The translations under genes and the position numbers were made by a program. The notes under the pieces are model-generated. The model did no database searches, was not told where the DNA came from, and saw only the letters and a program-made list of their open reading frames with translations. From assembly GCF_009914755.1 (NCBI RefSeq), contig NC_060928.1: 64,000 bases of DNA; one strand, written 5' to 3'. This document shows, piece by piece, positions 12,953 to 27,500 of the stretch; position 1 is the stretch's first letter, and each line of letters begins with the position of its first letter. This DNA is from the human T2T-CHM13v2.0 reference genome, Homo sapiens.

Positions 12953-14172
12953 TTTTTTTTCCAGCTTTATTGAGGTATAATTGACAATAAAAATTAAATA
13001 CAGTTACTGTGCACAACTTGAGGTTTTGATGTATGTATACACTGTGCAATGATTACCACGAACCAGCTATTTAACCTGTCCATCACCTTAGTTACCTTTT
13101 TGTGTGTGCGATGAGAGCATTCAAGATCTACTCTCCTAATAACATTTAATTATACAATATAGTATTGTTAGCTATTTTCACTATGCTGCACATTTGATCC
13201 CCAGAACTTATTTATAACTGAAAGTCTGTACCCTTTGATCATCATCTTCCCATTTCCTCCTCCCCTCAGCCCCTGCCAAATACCATTCTAATTCTGTTCT
13301 GTTTCTATGAGTTTGACTTTTTTAGATTCCGCATGTAAGAACATAAAGTATTTGTCTTTCTCTGTCTGACTTAGCATAATGCCCTCAAGGTTCATCCATT
13401 TTGTTGCAAATGACAGAATTTCTTACTTTTCTTTGCCTGAATAATATTTCACCATATATATGTATACACGCACATATACACACATACATATACTTGTATG
13501 ATACACACAAATACATATACTTGTATGTATGTGTACATATGTGTATATAGCTCTCTCACAATTTCCTTATTAATTCATCCATCAGAGGATACTCGGATTG
13601 TTTCCCTGTCTTGGGTTTTGGGTATTGTGAATAATGCTGCAATGAACATGGGCATGAAGAGATCTCCTTGAGATACTGACTTTGTTCCCTTTGGATATAT
13701 ACCCAGAAGTGGAATTGCTGGGTCATATGGTAGTTCTATTTTTAAATTTTTGAGGAACCCCCATACTGTTTTCCATATTGGCTGGCCAATTTATATTCCC
13801 AGTAAGAGTACACAGGGTTCCCTATTCTCCACACCCTTGCCAACACTTGTTATCTCATGTCTTTTTGATAATAGCCAATTTAACAGGTGTGAGGTAATAT
13901 CTCATTGTGGATTTAATTTGCATTTCCCTGTTGTCAGTGAAGCTAGGCAATTTTTTCTATACCTTTGGCCATTTCTATGTCTTCTTTGGATAAATGTCTG
14001 TTCGGGTCCTTTGCCCTTTCTTGAACTGAATTATTTGTTGTTGTTGTTTTTTATTTTTTATTGTTTTGCTATTGAGTTGTTCTTTACATATTTTATATAT
14101 TAGCCACTTATCAGATACATGGTTTGCAAATATTTTTCCAGTTCTATAGGTTGCCTTTTCATGTGTTGATGG
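12953..14172 (-). mobile_element. L1MA (MA8/9-like) 3' end, 5'-truncated, with an internal TA/CA microsatellite at about 13453-13550
   Basis: ccagctttattgaggtataattgaca...ttcaagatctactctc...ggatatatacccagaagtggaattgctgg. Confidence 0.92.
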
Positions 14173-14343
14173 TGAGCTACTTTTAAATAGTGAAAGGATA
14201 AATCTATTAGGGAGCATCTACATCTGGGGCAAACACTCCCCTGAAAGCCAGCTAGAATTCTGGCCTTCTAAGACCTCCTAAGAATAAAGCCTATAACTCA
14301 GCAGGCTGCTTAATGCTCTGTCTGCTACTTCCTGGGAAAAATG

Positions 14344-14366
14344 AAAAAAAAAAAAAAAAAAAAAAA
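14344..14366. repeat. poly(A) run (~23)
   Basis: Read directly from the sequence. Confidence 0.95.
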
Positions 14367-15056
14367 GTCTGAGTATCCACAAATTCCCAAAGCAGCTGGA
14401 GGAGTTATAAAAAGAAAGGAATTTCACCATTTCCATGAGAGCTTCTTCACTTCTCCCATTTTCTTTATTAATAGTGACTCAGATTAAAACTTGCAATAAC
14501 AACAACAACAACAAAAATCTAGTTAACTGATTCCTAATATTTACTTGGGGTGGAGGATGCTTTTCTTCTCTAACGTCAGTTCTGGTCCTGTTATTTTTCT
14601 AGTCCAAAATACCTTGGGTTTACTTTTCATTATACTCCCTCAATTATCTTATCTTTTAGAATTTAGCCATTAATACCGGCATTTATTTTACTCCTCATAA
14701 CCCCAAATCTCCCATGTATACCTTAAGGATGTCTTTGCTTCCTAAGTACCAGAGGGGAAGAAATACTGGTGCAAGTCTAATGGATATTTACATATATTCA
14801 CATTTCCTGTTAAATTACTTACAGCTAGATTCTCAAATAATAAAATGCAATCTGAAATTTAAAAACAGTGACACTAAGCACCCTTAGGAGATAGGCAGAG
14901 TCAATCATCAAAGGGCAGAACATAGAGGAAAGTCAGTTAACTTTTAGTCAGTTGACTTTTAAAAATGGTTGATTTATTTTTATCAGAAAGAAACCTGCAT
15001 ACTCACATAGGTAGAGTTTAATGAATAAACACAAAGTAACACCAATGTGTAACCAC

Positions 15057-16082
15057 TGATAGTGGCAGGAGACAGACAAATTCCTCGCCAGACAAGGGCA
15101 GGTCACCAGTGAAACCCAAACTTAAGCAAAAAGACAGCCTGAAGCCTGAAAACCAGGCTGAGGTTCTGGTACAGTCCACGACCTAGTGAGAACTTCCGTG
15201 GTGTCTCTTAGACAATCAAATGGTGCTTTTTCCAGGCCTGCCCATGGACCAATCAGCATGCATTCCTCCATTCTGATCCCATAAAAACCCCAGACTCAGC
15301 TACCCATTGGACTATCTGCTGTTGGGCTCCCTCTCACACAGAGGGCTACCCACTCTTGGGTTCCCTCCCCACTGACAGCTTTTCTTCTGTTGCTTAATAA
15401 AATTCTTCTCTGCCTTGCTCACTCTCTGTTGTCCATGTACCTCATTCCTCTTGGATATGAGACAAGAGCCTGGAACCTGCCACATGGCAGGAACAAAAGG
15501 AGCTGTAATACTGTAACCCTCCCTCCCACTTGAGGGGTAGTGGGGGAGAAAATACCGCTGGGAGCCACACACCTCTGTTCACTGTGCTGCAGGCAGAGGG
15601 AGCAAAAAGAGCAGTCACACTTCTGGAGGCCCAGACCTTAGGACTCCTTGAGCCAGAGCTGTAACATGCCCCTATCCGCCAAGCCACGGGTGGCGGGACC
15701 GAACACGTTTCTGTTCACTGCCCTGCAGGAGGCAGGAACAAACGTGAGCTGTAACATGAACAAGCTGTAATATGCCCCCACTATTTGCCACACCAGGGGT
15801 TGGGGGAAGAAGAGAGAGAAATAACACCCCCTGGGGCTTCGCAGTTGCTGGAATCTCTTGAGTTTTGGGCATGGCTGTGATTCCCCTCCTCGTCCAGATG
15901 CTGGTGCCCAAGGCGGAAGCCAATTGTAGCACGTTGGGCCCAGTCACGGGCTGCAGCAGGCCAAGTGGGCAGAGAAAGCCCAGCAGTGAGCACAGAGCTG
16001 AACAAGGCCCCAGGCAGAGGTGCCACTGGCCAGCCACAGAGATTTCTGGTTGGCCAAGTGGCACTGAAAGGATCCTGTGTCA
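15057..16082 (+). mobile_element. ERV1 solo LTR (LTR28/LTR27 family), 1026 bp
   Basis: TG...CA ends; tgatagtggcaggagacagacaaat..., ggaccaatcagc CCAAT box, cataaaaa, aataaa, repeated gagctgtaaca units, terminus ggatcctgtgtca. Confidence 0.88.
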
Positions 16083-16906
16083 ACATTTCCTTTAGAAAAA
16101 AATGCAACTTGATTGGCAAACTAGAAAACCTCTTTTCTGAGACTTTCTCCTAATACAACCCCAGTATTCTCCACTAGAGACAATCATTGTCCTTTTGTAA
16201 TAATTTTTCTTTTCCTTAGAGTATTACCACCAAATAATGAACCACTAAACACAACAATGTGGGTCTTCTTTTTCTCTACATTTCAACTTTATGTAAAATA
16301 CATAAATACTATATATATTCCTTTGCCTTTCTTTGTTAACTCAATTTCTTTTAGATTTATCCATGTTGTTGCATACAGCTAAAGTACATTTATTTTCATT
16401 GTCAGATAGTAATTCATTGCCTGACTGTACTACAATTTATCCCTATTCCTCTTGATGGTTATTTAGGTTATTGTCATTTATTAGCTGCAGTGAACTGCTG
16501 CTATGAAATTCTTGCATGTGTATCTGGAGACCATGTGTAAATCACTTTCTAGGGTACAGACCCTAGAGAATAATTGCTGCATCTTTAGAGATTACATCTA
16601 TAACTGGGCTGGAATGCAAAACTGTTTTTCAAAATGGTTATATTATTTACCCTTGAACCATAAGAAAGTTTTACATCCTTATCTATACTTGAAATTGTTA
16701 GATGTTGAGTTTTTACCAACCATTGATATGTAATTATATATCACTGTATTATTAATTAATAATTATCTGATTATTAATGAGGTCGATTCCCAAATGTTTA
16801 CTGGCCATTTGATTTTTCTCTTTGGCAAAGTGTTGGTTCAAATGTTCTGTTCTTTTTTTTTCCTATAGTTATTTATCTCATCTTAATTTGTAGGCATCCT
16901 TTATTC

Positions 16907-17067
16907 ATTATATATATATTATATATATTATTTTATGTATATTATATATAATATATATTTTATATATATTTATATATATTATATATAATATATATTTTAT
17001 ATATATTATATATATTATATATTTTATATATATTTTATATATATATTTATATAGTTTATGTATATAA
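16907..17067. repeat. (TA)n-rich low-complexity tract
   Basis: About 160 bp of almost pure A/T. Confidence 0.95.
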
Positions 17068-17481
17068 TGAATCTTAGTTCTTTGCAATTTATATGTGTTG
17101 CATATTTCTTCCTCTCTCTACAACTTGTCTCTTTTTATGGTGTCTTTTTCACGTCTCTTAGACATTCATATTTGAAAGCAGTATGACAAAGTGAGGGGAA
17201 AAAGGAGTATATAATTGTATATCTTTAAGAGACTACTTCTTGAAAATGTACCTAATATCATTATACCAATTTTGCACTCTAGAAGTGATTTGTCAGCACT
17301 TACATATCTGATTTCAACTATATCAATCCAGAATTGCCTGTATTGCTTTGCAAATGCTTTTAATACTCTTGGTATGTGTCTGAAACTTTCCCTTACACAG
17401 AACCCCTATACCTAGTACTGATGTATATGTAACAAATTGACTTTAAAAAATTATGTGATTAAGTGCCATATGAGAGACTAG

Positions 17482-17798
<317 letters not shown>

Positions 17799-18049
17799 GG
17801 CAACTTTTAAAAACAATAATATTGCTGCTATATGGAAATCTGCTCATCTACCTTGACATAAGCCCAACTAATGGGTGAGTTGGCTTTTGTTTTTCCTGCC
17901 TTTCAGATTCAATAAAGCAAGGTTCTCAAAGCCTAAACTCCTCATGTGTACTAAATATGCTATCTATATATTTTTATCTCTTATGATTATCACAAGCCAT
18001 TAAAGACTTTCATTTCCTGGTTCTAATTTTCACATATTGGAATTGGTGC

Positions 18050-18563
18050 CAAATGAGCCAAGCGCTCTTCTACTTGTTCCTTCAGATCCCACACTCCACC
18101 CTTTTCCATCTTGCCTTCTGCCACTGGAGCACGGGCTCTGTGAACTACCTCAACAGGCTTCCTTGTCCTCTGACTTTCAGTTGAGTTTCCACAGTGTAGG
18201 TCCCAGCAGGAGAACAGAGGGTCCAGGAGGGGAGAACGGAGGGTCCAGGAGGGGAGAAGGAGGTCGGAACATACCTGCCCTTTGCTGTCTTCCTGCTGGG
18301 TAGCTTCTGACTAGTTGTGTCAAGAACCTGTGTCTCTTGACCAAGCTGGCCTTCTCTACTCAGTTCTCTCAGTTTTCTGGAAACTCTTCCCTCCCTTTCC
18401 TTTTAGACCTAGGAGTGATAATACCTCTACCAATATTAAACCAGGTTACTGCACTATTCTTTGTGGTTCTACTTTGCAAACAGTCCCTTTGTAAATAAAC
18501 CCTCCTGGAATTATCCTAATTTGCAAGTGCCGTCTGTTTGCTACTGGGACTCTGACTGATACA
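18050..18563 (+). mobile_element. ERVL solo LTR (LTR33-like)
   Basis: ggcttccttgtcctctgac...aataaaccctcctggaattatcctaatttg...gggactctgactgataca terminus. Confidence 0.82.
18209..18258. repeat. 22-bp tandem duplication inside LTR33
   Basis: ggagaac(a/g)gagggtccaggagg x2 plus ggagaa. Confidence 0.9.
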
Positions 18564-19664
18564 GACTTAATAGCCATGCTTGTGTGCAAAAGGAGAAGCA
18601 AAACAAAGCATTAAGGTAGATTATTGTAAGTGCTGCTTTCCTAGGCTCATATACAAAGCACATAGAAGCACAAGTACTCTTTTTCTATAGAGCTCAGAGA
18701 ATATAATCAGGAAGTATAAAAATTATGTTGGGCCCTGGAAATATGAAAAGTAATAAAGAACACAATTATTCTTCCCTTTAAAAGGATAGGTTCTTTTTAC
18801 CAGGATTAGGTTGTAGACCCCAATCATTGTCTGCCAGCTGAATAGCATTCAGGGGTCTGGTGGAAAGCACGTCCCTCACACAATAATGTTTAGCACCCTC
18901 TTGTTCATTCATTTTCACTACCACATTTTAAATCTGAAAGGAGACATTATTTTGTACAGAAAAGTGAATTATGTCTCAAGTGACCCAGTGAATGCTTGAC
19001 TCTGAACTTCATTCAGAATTTTTCTCCCTTACCATTTTTTTCTCTCTCCCTAAGAAAAAAAGGCAGTTTTGATGCTTATTCATCTATTCCTCATTGTATA
19101 GATCTCTTATTTTCTCATGCTTTGATGTAGTATTAAAAATAATAAGTATCTCCTCTTATTTGTAGCTCACACAAAACTAAAAAGCAATTATTAAACTGAA
19201 AAAAGGAACAAATTATAGTTAGCAACATGAATAGATATACCTCAGGGGGCTACAAAGAAAGATTTTTTTTTATTTCTAAGCTACAAGACTGTCTTCTAAA
19301 GGAAAAGCTGTGTTGTTTTCATATTACAGAAATGAAAGTCTCTCCAAACTGGGGTATATTTAATACCACTAAAAGCACATCGCATGGAGAGCAATTACTA
19401 ACTGAAATTATTCACTAGAAATACATAAGGTGTCTCTTGGGAGGGAAATAACCATGGAGGCCTCTCCATCTGTTCATTGATAGAAAAGGTGGCCTAATTT
19501 CCACATGAAAAAGTCAGAAATGCTTAGTTTTAGGATCTCTTGCTCCCCAACTTACTAGATGCTGTAGCAGGTAGCAGAGGCAATTGTGGAGATGAGAGCC
19601 AGCCATTTTTCTTCACTGTGTAACAATGTTCCCCTTTTAAAAAACATGATGCCATATAACGTAC

Positions 19665-19988
19665 TTCTTTCTTTTTTTTCTCTCTCTTTTTAAAATTTTT
19701 AGAGACAGGGTCTCTTTCTGTCACCCAGGCTGGAGTATAGTGGCACAATCATGGCTCATTTTTGCCTCCAACTCCGGGGCTCAAGGGATCCTCCCACCTC
19801 AGCCTCCCTAGAAGCCAGGACTATAGATGTGTGCCACCATGCCCAGCTAATTTTTTAAAAAATTGTTTTGTAGAGGCAGATTCTCACTATGTCGCCCAGG
19901 CTGGTCTTGAACTCCTGGGCTCAATCAATCCTCCTGCCTCAGCTTCCCAAAGTACTGGGATTACAGGCATGAGCCACCATAACCAGCC
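19665..19988 (-). mobile_element. AluJ
   Basis: gagacagggtctc...atcatggctca...aactcctgggctcaa (J diagnostics). Confidence 0.95.
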
Positions 19989-20677
19989 AGGGTCCTTCTC
20001 GTTAGCCTGCCAGTGGGGAGGAACCTCGGCTTTATTCTTCCCCTCTATGGGTAATCAGTGACATGACTAAAGAGGAAGAAATTAAAGCCCCTAGAGCAGG
20101 CCTCTAGAGTAGGCAAAAAAAATCATAGAGGAGCTTTTTCTAACAGGTCTTTAAGTACCATCTGGAGAAAAAAAACTGTAGATCTGTTGTTTTATCATAT
20201 CTGGTTCTGAGAAAGGACCTAGAGAGCTTAAACTTCATAGCCACATCATTCTCCAGGAACTTAAAGGGCATCTCATAATGCATTTGCCATTATTCTACTG
20301 GACACTATGATGATAACAATTAAGTTAAACTTTTTAACAGAAGAACACAACACAGTTTCCAATGCACTTATAGTGAATATAAAAATATGCTTATTGGATT
20401 GGAATTGACACTTTCATCTCTCCTTTGACTTCACTGAACATTTTATATAAAGCAAAAGTGAACCTCTTTATGTAAATGCCATTTGATGTCTAATTTGACA
20501 TTATGGTTATTATGTTTCTAAACAGACATGATGCAACATGCACATATTTTAAGGGGTAAATTAGAATAAACAAAGTTTCTATATATAAAAATTATATCAC
20601 TTAAGTTATACTTAAAAAAACCTAGCAACGTATGCACAGACATAAAGTTATATTTGCATTCTGTTGAGATGAAAAAA

Positions 20678-21510
20678 TACAGTGGTTAATACATAGGCAT
20701 TTGAGTCAGTAACATTTAGCTGTGAATCATAGCAGCTGTGTGACTTTGGTTAATTTACTTAATACAGCAGAGAGATCTTAGGGTGGCTCTCATGACTCCC
20801 CCGGCAACCCCATACCCAGTGTTCCCGTTTTGTATAATTTCCTGGCCTTGAGGGTAGGCAAGACCTGTGATTTACTTCTAACCTAGACTATGGCGAAGGT
20901 CATAGGATGTTACTCTCATGATGTTTATATTAAATGGCAAAGGTGATAGGATGTCACCTTGCGATTATATTCCATTACATAAGATTCTGTTTTAGCAGAC
21001 TAGTGCCAGCAAACTGGTACTTATGGACTTGATATAGTAAGTAGCCATTCTGGAGTGGGTCATATGGCAAGAAATTGCAGGTGGCTCCAGGATCTGAGAC
21101 GAGTCAAAAGCTAGCAGAAATCTGGAGTCTTCAGTCATACAGCCAAAAAGAGCTGAATCTTGCCAATAAGGGGAGTGATCAATGAAACAGATTCTTCCCC
21201 AGTTAAGCCTCCAGATGAGAACATAGCCCGTTCAACACCTTGACTATAGCCTTGTGAGACTCTGGGCAGAGGACTGTGCTAAGACTAAGTCCTGGCCCAG
21301 AGAAGCTGTGAGGTAATACATATATGTTGTGTTAAGCTACTAAATTTGTGGTAATTTGTTATAATTTCTCTAATCCTCAGATTCCTTTTGGGTAAAATAA
21401 AAATAATAGAGCCTCCCAGAGTAGTTGCGAGCATTTAAATGCACTACATACATACAGCCCAGGACCTGGTTCATGGAAAGCACTAGGAAATTGGTAGTAA
21501 TTGTATTACA
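20678..21510 (+). mobile_element. MIR split by an MLT1 insertion
   Basis: Left half cagtggttaa...tgtgtgactttggttaatttacttaa; right half tctctaatcctcagattcc...gtaaaat...agtagttgcgagcatttaaatg. Confidence 0.75.
20765..21363 (+). mobile_element. MaLR solo LTR (MLT1F/G-like)
   Basis: atggcaaaggtgataggatgtcac...gattcttccccagttaagcctccagatgagaac...taagctactaaatttgtggtaatttgtta. Confidence 0.88.
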
Positions 21511-21590
21511 GTACACTACCATATTAAACAGTTAAATCTTGGAAGAGTAAATACAAATAATTGCCTCAGAAAAAAGTGAGTTTTATTAGT

Positions 21591-21603
21591 GTTAATCATT
21601 AAT
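21591..21603. promoter_or_regulatory. Near-perfect HNF1 palindrome
   Basis: GTTAATCATTAAT versus consensus GTTAATNATTAAC; forkhead-like GTAAATA at about 21547. Confidence 0.3.
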
Positions 21604-23014
21604 ATACAATCAAATAGAGTACTGGTTAACCACAAACTTGACACAATTTAATTTTACTACATCTAATTTTTGGCCCAGTCCTAAACAAAATTGAGAAATA
21701 AAAGAAATTAATATTGAGTACCCTCCCCTTACCTTTGCAAGCCCTCTCCACCTACTTTCCCCAATCTCTCAACTCTTAGGTATTCAGTTTCTCTTAGCAG
21801 CACTTTATGTTGAGGATGGAGAAATATATTTTCAGGTAAAGAATCTTAGCTTCAGCCACACCAGAAACAAGATTGCCTCTTGTTCCAGAATACAAGAATT
21901 GTTGCATATTTTCACAAGGAGTTAAATTAAAATAACAGAGAACTATCAGAATGCAAGCATTTTCATAATATGTAACAATTTCAAAATAGACTTCATAAAT
22001 TTTGTATAAAGAAATTTTCCCAAAAAAGCATTCATGTTCCTTAATAGCAGTCTGAACTATCTTGTTTACTGCCTTAATCTCTGAAACGGAGCTTTATTTA
22101 TTACTCTCATTTTGATTTCAGATCATTTTAATTACCAATAAAAAGCAAGTACCAATACTGAATAAATTATTACTTATGTGGATGCGTTTAAAACTGGAAT
22201 AGTTAGTGGCCTCATTCCAAAGGTTCTATAAACCATTTTTGTAAGTGAATGCTATCATAAAGAAATTTGGATAGAAACCCTGTTATTAGTGGAGAAATGC
22301 AAAGCAAAGAATGACTAGTACTTCAAGTGAATCAAGTACAAATCAACATCATTAAGAGAAAACTAAAATTTCATCCATCCTCCAATTTCAGTATAAGAAT
22401 CATCATCAAAAAGAAGATAAAGGATTTCATTTATGTGCTGTCAACTCAAACATGCTAATTAGAAGACATTTGAATATTACCAGCATAGGAGCTGATGTAA
22501 AACAATTTTATGGTCTCAGTTCATTCCTGTGGAGCAAAGAGGTCCCACTGAAATTGATATTCTGACTGGTAAATTACCAGGGGTCTCAAGGACTGAGTAG
22601 ACTACACAAAGCATTCTAAGGGGTGGATTTTGTATACTGTAGTGACAAAGATATTGATTCTCTAGAGATGAAGGAGTAGATAGATATAGGGCATTTATCT
22701 AATGGATCATAAGAATATTCTTTGCCTCTGAATTCACATAAATTTCTATACCTGTTAAGGCTTAAAAAAAAAACCCCGAGAGTTTCTAATAAATCAAACT
22801 AATTTAAATTGGTCTTTTACCAAAATGGAGAATTGCAATTTTGCCTGTTTTTTCTTTTTACATGAATTCCATAATCAGAAATCCTACCTGATCTAACAGA
22901 CTAATGACCAATAGCTCAAAATCATCCCTTTTATGATTACTTTTATTTACCTTCTGATTTATTTTCCTCCTCATCAACTGGAATGCTAATGAAGTTTAAT
23001 AGTTAGCTATTAGT

Positions 23015-23190
23015 GATAACTCAGCCACTAACTAATCGTAACTTTAGTCAAACCACTAAATCTCTTTGACCCTTTTTAGTTTCTAGTAAAATAGAAAAAC
23101 CATTTTTTACACCACTCCTTTGTTTAGGGGATCAGAAGTGATAATATATGTGAAAGCACATTGAAACCAGTAAGCCACTATATAAATTCA
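23015..23190 (+). mobile_element. MIR (MIRc/MIR3-like)
   Basis: cagccactaact...gataatatatgtgaaagcacattgaaa. Confidence 0.7.
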
Positions 23191-23939
23191 ACACAAAATT
23201 AGCACAAATATTAATATTATCATTTCTGGACCATAAATAGCTCACTAAGTATCACTTTTGCTAAGTAATAAGCTAAACTATAATAACAGTTATTATCATT
23301 GAGATTTCCTGTGCATTCAAGATGTCACCATTCAGCCACTTTTAATATTGAATGTGTTTTGGTTATCTTTCTAATAATAGCTATAAATTAGTTTGAATCC
23401 ATTCATACCATCTAAAATAGTCCTGCTCTTTTGTGAAGAAGAGCACGGATTTAAAGAGAAATAACCACAGAAATAAGAGATATCTTTGCACATGGAAGAG
23501 AGCATTAGTCTCCTTAGAAGCAGGGTGCCATAGCCAGATGCAGGCTGTTAAACAAGGGAAGCTGTGGACATATGTATATTTTTAAAATAAAATTTTATCT
23601 ATGTGTATATTTTAATGTAAAGTGTTTTTAAAGGCCCTTTAGCCAAACTACAAGGGTTAGTACCTCAGAGATCAGCATTATAATGGAAAATGTATATGTG
23701 GTGAGTTTTCCTTTTTCCACCATGCCTGTTTTCAAGTATTTCAGCAAAGTCCGAGTTGACAGTGATATACTCCTATAAGGTGTAAATTTACATGAATGGG
23801 AAAAGTTATCAGATGCAACAAGAAAAATCAACCTTTTTCCAGCTGTACACTTTTCAGTGAACTTAAAGATATTACTTGACAATATGATAAGGGCCCATCA
23901 CTCAAAATGCTAATTGTTTTTCTTTAAAATGTAAAGGTA

Positions 23940-24145
23940 TATGGAAGAACACATGGGCAAATAGAGGAGAACACACACAGGGGCCTATCAGAGGGTGGAG
24001 AGTGGGAGGAGGAAGAGGATCAGGAAAAATAATGCATGGACATAGGTTTAGTACCTGGGGGATGAAATAATCTGTAAGCAAGCCCTCATGACACAAGTTT
24101 ACCTATGTAACAAGCCTGCACTTGTACCTCTGAACTTAAAATAAG
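23940..24145 (+). mobile_element. L1PA15/16-like 3' end
   Basis: gggcctatcagagggtggag...gaggatcaggaaaaata...gatgaaataatctgta...catgacacaagtttacctatgtaacaa. Confidence 0.9.
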
Positions 24146-27100
24146 AATTAATATATATCAGGTATAAAATGATCCTGAATTTCCACTTTTTAAAACATTT
24201 TGTGTCATGTAGTTAGTACACAACAGTATTTTCTCTAAATGAATACCTTAAAATAATACATTGTTCTCTTGGTTTTCTACCATCTCATTTGATTTGGGTA
24301 GAAGCGCACCATAAGCACTTCTCAAATTATTCTAAGCTACCTTTGCTGGGTTCTGCTTATTTCTGTGCAGTCTTAAATTCACAACTTCATAACCTTAAAG
24401 TGCACCTAACTCATTCTTATTTGGGGAAATATACACAATAAAAATATCTTTATGGAAGAATCTATGCATTACAGGGCATGATATTATTCTTTAGTAAATA
24501 AAAGACATTATATAGCAGCAGATACATTTATAACTAATCAAATTCTATGATGAGACACATAAAAGGTGACAGATTTCTAGAAAGAGAAGGCTTTTTTTTA
24601 TGAAAAGGATCTATATTCACCATCAGATAATTGTTCCCTAATTTAAAATTAAGACCACGGGGAAAATACTGTCGAAAAATAAAGCATTTGAAAGACAGTG
24701 ACAACAAAATTAAAGAAATGTGTATACCATGCATTCAGAGAGGTATGAAAGGCAGCTCTCAAATTCCATGTGTGTGGTTAAATGGGTGTAGTTATATCAC
24801 TCAATGTGCATGGTTTTTTGAAGTGGGAATAGTACACATGGACACAAGCACATACTTGGTGGGAAACCAAAACATGGATTACAGCACATTAATTAGAGAG
24901 CGTAGTATCCGAGCAGAGCTAGATCATCAATTCATTTCATTCAAGTTAAGTGGTTTAATTCCCATATTTTCCAACAGTCTTCAGAGTAAAAACAAAAAAA
25001 TAGAGTTATAGTAATTAACATTTGACTTAATTTAACAATGATCAAAAGGACCAGAATAATAAAAGAAAATAGAGGGTTTATGCTTACATGCATGTAGGGC
25101 TGATAATTGTCCATTTCCCTATAATTGCTAGTATTTCACCTTCATCAGTGTACTCTTACCCCAGTAAATGAACTTTTGAAAAAATGGCTTCTAGATCTTC
25201 TCTTTTTCATTAATTGTGGCAGTTTTTGGATAAACTGTTTTTTTGTCCCAGCTGTCCACCTCAGTTTGCTGATATAAACAGGCAGTTGCAAATCTTTCTC
25301 ATTAAGACATGCATATATAGTCACAACAACAAGGAAGTGGCATTGTAGAAAGGAACACACAGTGGTAGAAGTAGCTGTAATTTATTGTACATCATTATCA
25401 TCCTCTTACGTGGTGCTGAGCTGGGCACTTAATTTAAGTAGACATGGTCTCTGCAGCCTAGGGATTTATGAACTAAAACATTAACAACACATTCTCATTC
25501 GTTTCCAAGAGGATCTTCCCTGTGGGCTTGTAATTAAATCCAAGCATCAAAACTTAAGATAAACTGGTCATTAGCTTTATTCCATTTCACTTTTCTTCTT
25601 TTTGACTCTTGCTGTCTATCACTGCATAGTTTAAGGAGACTTTGGGAACAAGAAGGCTTAGAAAGGAAATCAAAGAGGCAAAATATTTTCAAATATGAAA
25701 TAACATGAAATAAGAGAAATGAAATTAGACTAGAAAAAGTGACATATTGATAATGTGGAAAAAGATAAAAGTCTCTTTCATAAAACAAAATAGCATCTGA
25801 ATAAATAAGAGATAAGAGGTACTATCTAGGTGAACAATGATAATCAAAAAGTGTAAATTATGCCCAAGAATAAAGAGAAAGAATACTACAAAAAAATTGA
25901 AACAGAGGGCTTGAGAGCTACTTAAAAAGATAAATTTTCCTAAATGCAATTATGGCTCTAACAACTCAGTAAAATAGATCAAATTAGGTAAATATTAAGT
26001 AATTAAAGCCTACACTATCTAGATAACTGAAATGTTTGGTATAAATCAGAATCTTTCAACATTTTATATAAAGATACAATATTGAGTAGAATAAAAGTGT
26101 TGAATAATGACATTCTAAGAGGTAGAGCCAGTTCCGTGATGACACAGGAGTTAGGGGTTAGTGGCACCAGCCATCCTATTATTGACCCAGTTCAATTTCA
26201 TGACTGATCCAGATTTAATAGGTGAAGATGCCAGGCATACTGATATTCTCTATTTGCTTTAATTTTCCATTTTGCTTTGAGTAGATATAGCCCAGTCCTT
26301 CCTTATAAGAATGTTGAAACAACCTCTCTGTTAACTAATGTGTTGTGTTGGGATGCCTAGATAACCAACCGTATCTTTAAAATGATAAGAAAAAGATGTA
26401 GTTTTGGTTTCATTTTATTTCATCACATTTAATGTCATTCAACTGTAAGTTCATATAGTAATTTTTTTCAAATTAACCTAGCAAGACTTAAATAAAAGAT
26501 GATGTCAACCTATTAAACATCTATTGAATATTTACTATGTTCCCTCCACCCAGACCCAAAATTCTTCAACCAACCTCTTAATAGGGATAACATAAAAAAA
26601 GTCTGAGGAGTGAGTTTTTCAGATGAAAGTGCTACATACATTCCAATTACCAGATTATTATTTGGCCAGTGCTCTGAGGGAAAAGTGCAGCCCTTATCTT
26701 TATGAAGCACTTGAAGTATTGCATCACAGCTGACACATAAAATGAAGGTTGGAAGAAGCCAAGTCAATACTGGTTTGAACACTTGCCTCAGGGGTCAAAA
26801 AATTCACAGTGAAGTTAATCTGTTGATCCTGAACTGAATTAGAAAAGATGCTATTATTTTCATTTAATTTCCAACTTGGAAATATCAAAATAAAAATTAA
26901 ATTTCAATAAAAATAGTTTAAAAATTCATTAATTAAAATATTTGAGTAAATAATTTCTATGTAAACTTTTCTATAGACATCTCTCTGATAACATAAAAGA
27001 CTGAAAAGGAAAGCATTCATGAGATAGAGATTGCACTAGGTAAATATTTTTTTCTGAATTTAGGTGCATCTATAGCAGCAGAGGTGGTTCAGAGAAGGGA

Positions 27101-27500
27101 GACAAATTCTCATAAAAATGTTGAAATGGGTCAAACTGCTCCCACCTCAAAGCTAAAGATTCCCATTTTAAGTCACAATAATTTCCTGATACCCTGAAGG
27201 AAAGAGATGAGGAAGCAATGAACTATAATTGTCAGAAACGTGATAGAACATGTAAATGTGATCATCCATAAATTTTGCTATGTAATTATAAAACAAAATT
27301 CATAGTGCCATTATGTGACTGCATAAACATCACCACATTTTGACAAAATCACCACCATCAACAAAAATAAACTATAAGCTCCATCTTGCAAATAATATGC
27401 TTCTTGTAGCTTTTGCTTATGATACAGGGGTGAAGTGGACAACGGCATTAGAGCTGAAGAGGGCGCATGGTAGATCCCTACCCTAACCCTGCTACTACAA

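Larger units (their letters stand above)
14960..17150 (-). mobile_element. Old L1ME-type 3' region, interrupted by the LTR at 15057-16082 and a TA tract
   Basis: tttagatttatccatgttgttgcatac...ctgctatgaaattcttgcatgtgt...tgtttactggccatt; sequence is contiguous across the LTR. Confidence 0.75.

Noticed and set aside
14280-14366. Poly(A) run as the tail of a small-RNA or mRNA retrocopy
   Set aside because: No recognisable upstream RNA sequence, no correctly placed poly(A) signal and no TSD.
15312-16153. Six overlapping ORFs up to 130 aa
   Set aside because: All lie in the GC-rich solo LTR, where stop codons are sparse; no recognisable domain.
24631-25011. 126-aa ORF in unique DNA
   Set aside because: Non-ATG start, no recognisable motif, no splice support; the length is expected by chance in 64 kb.
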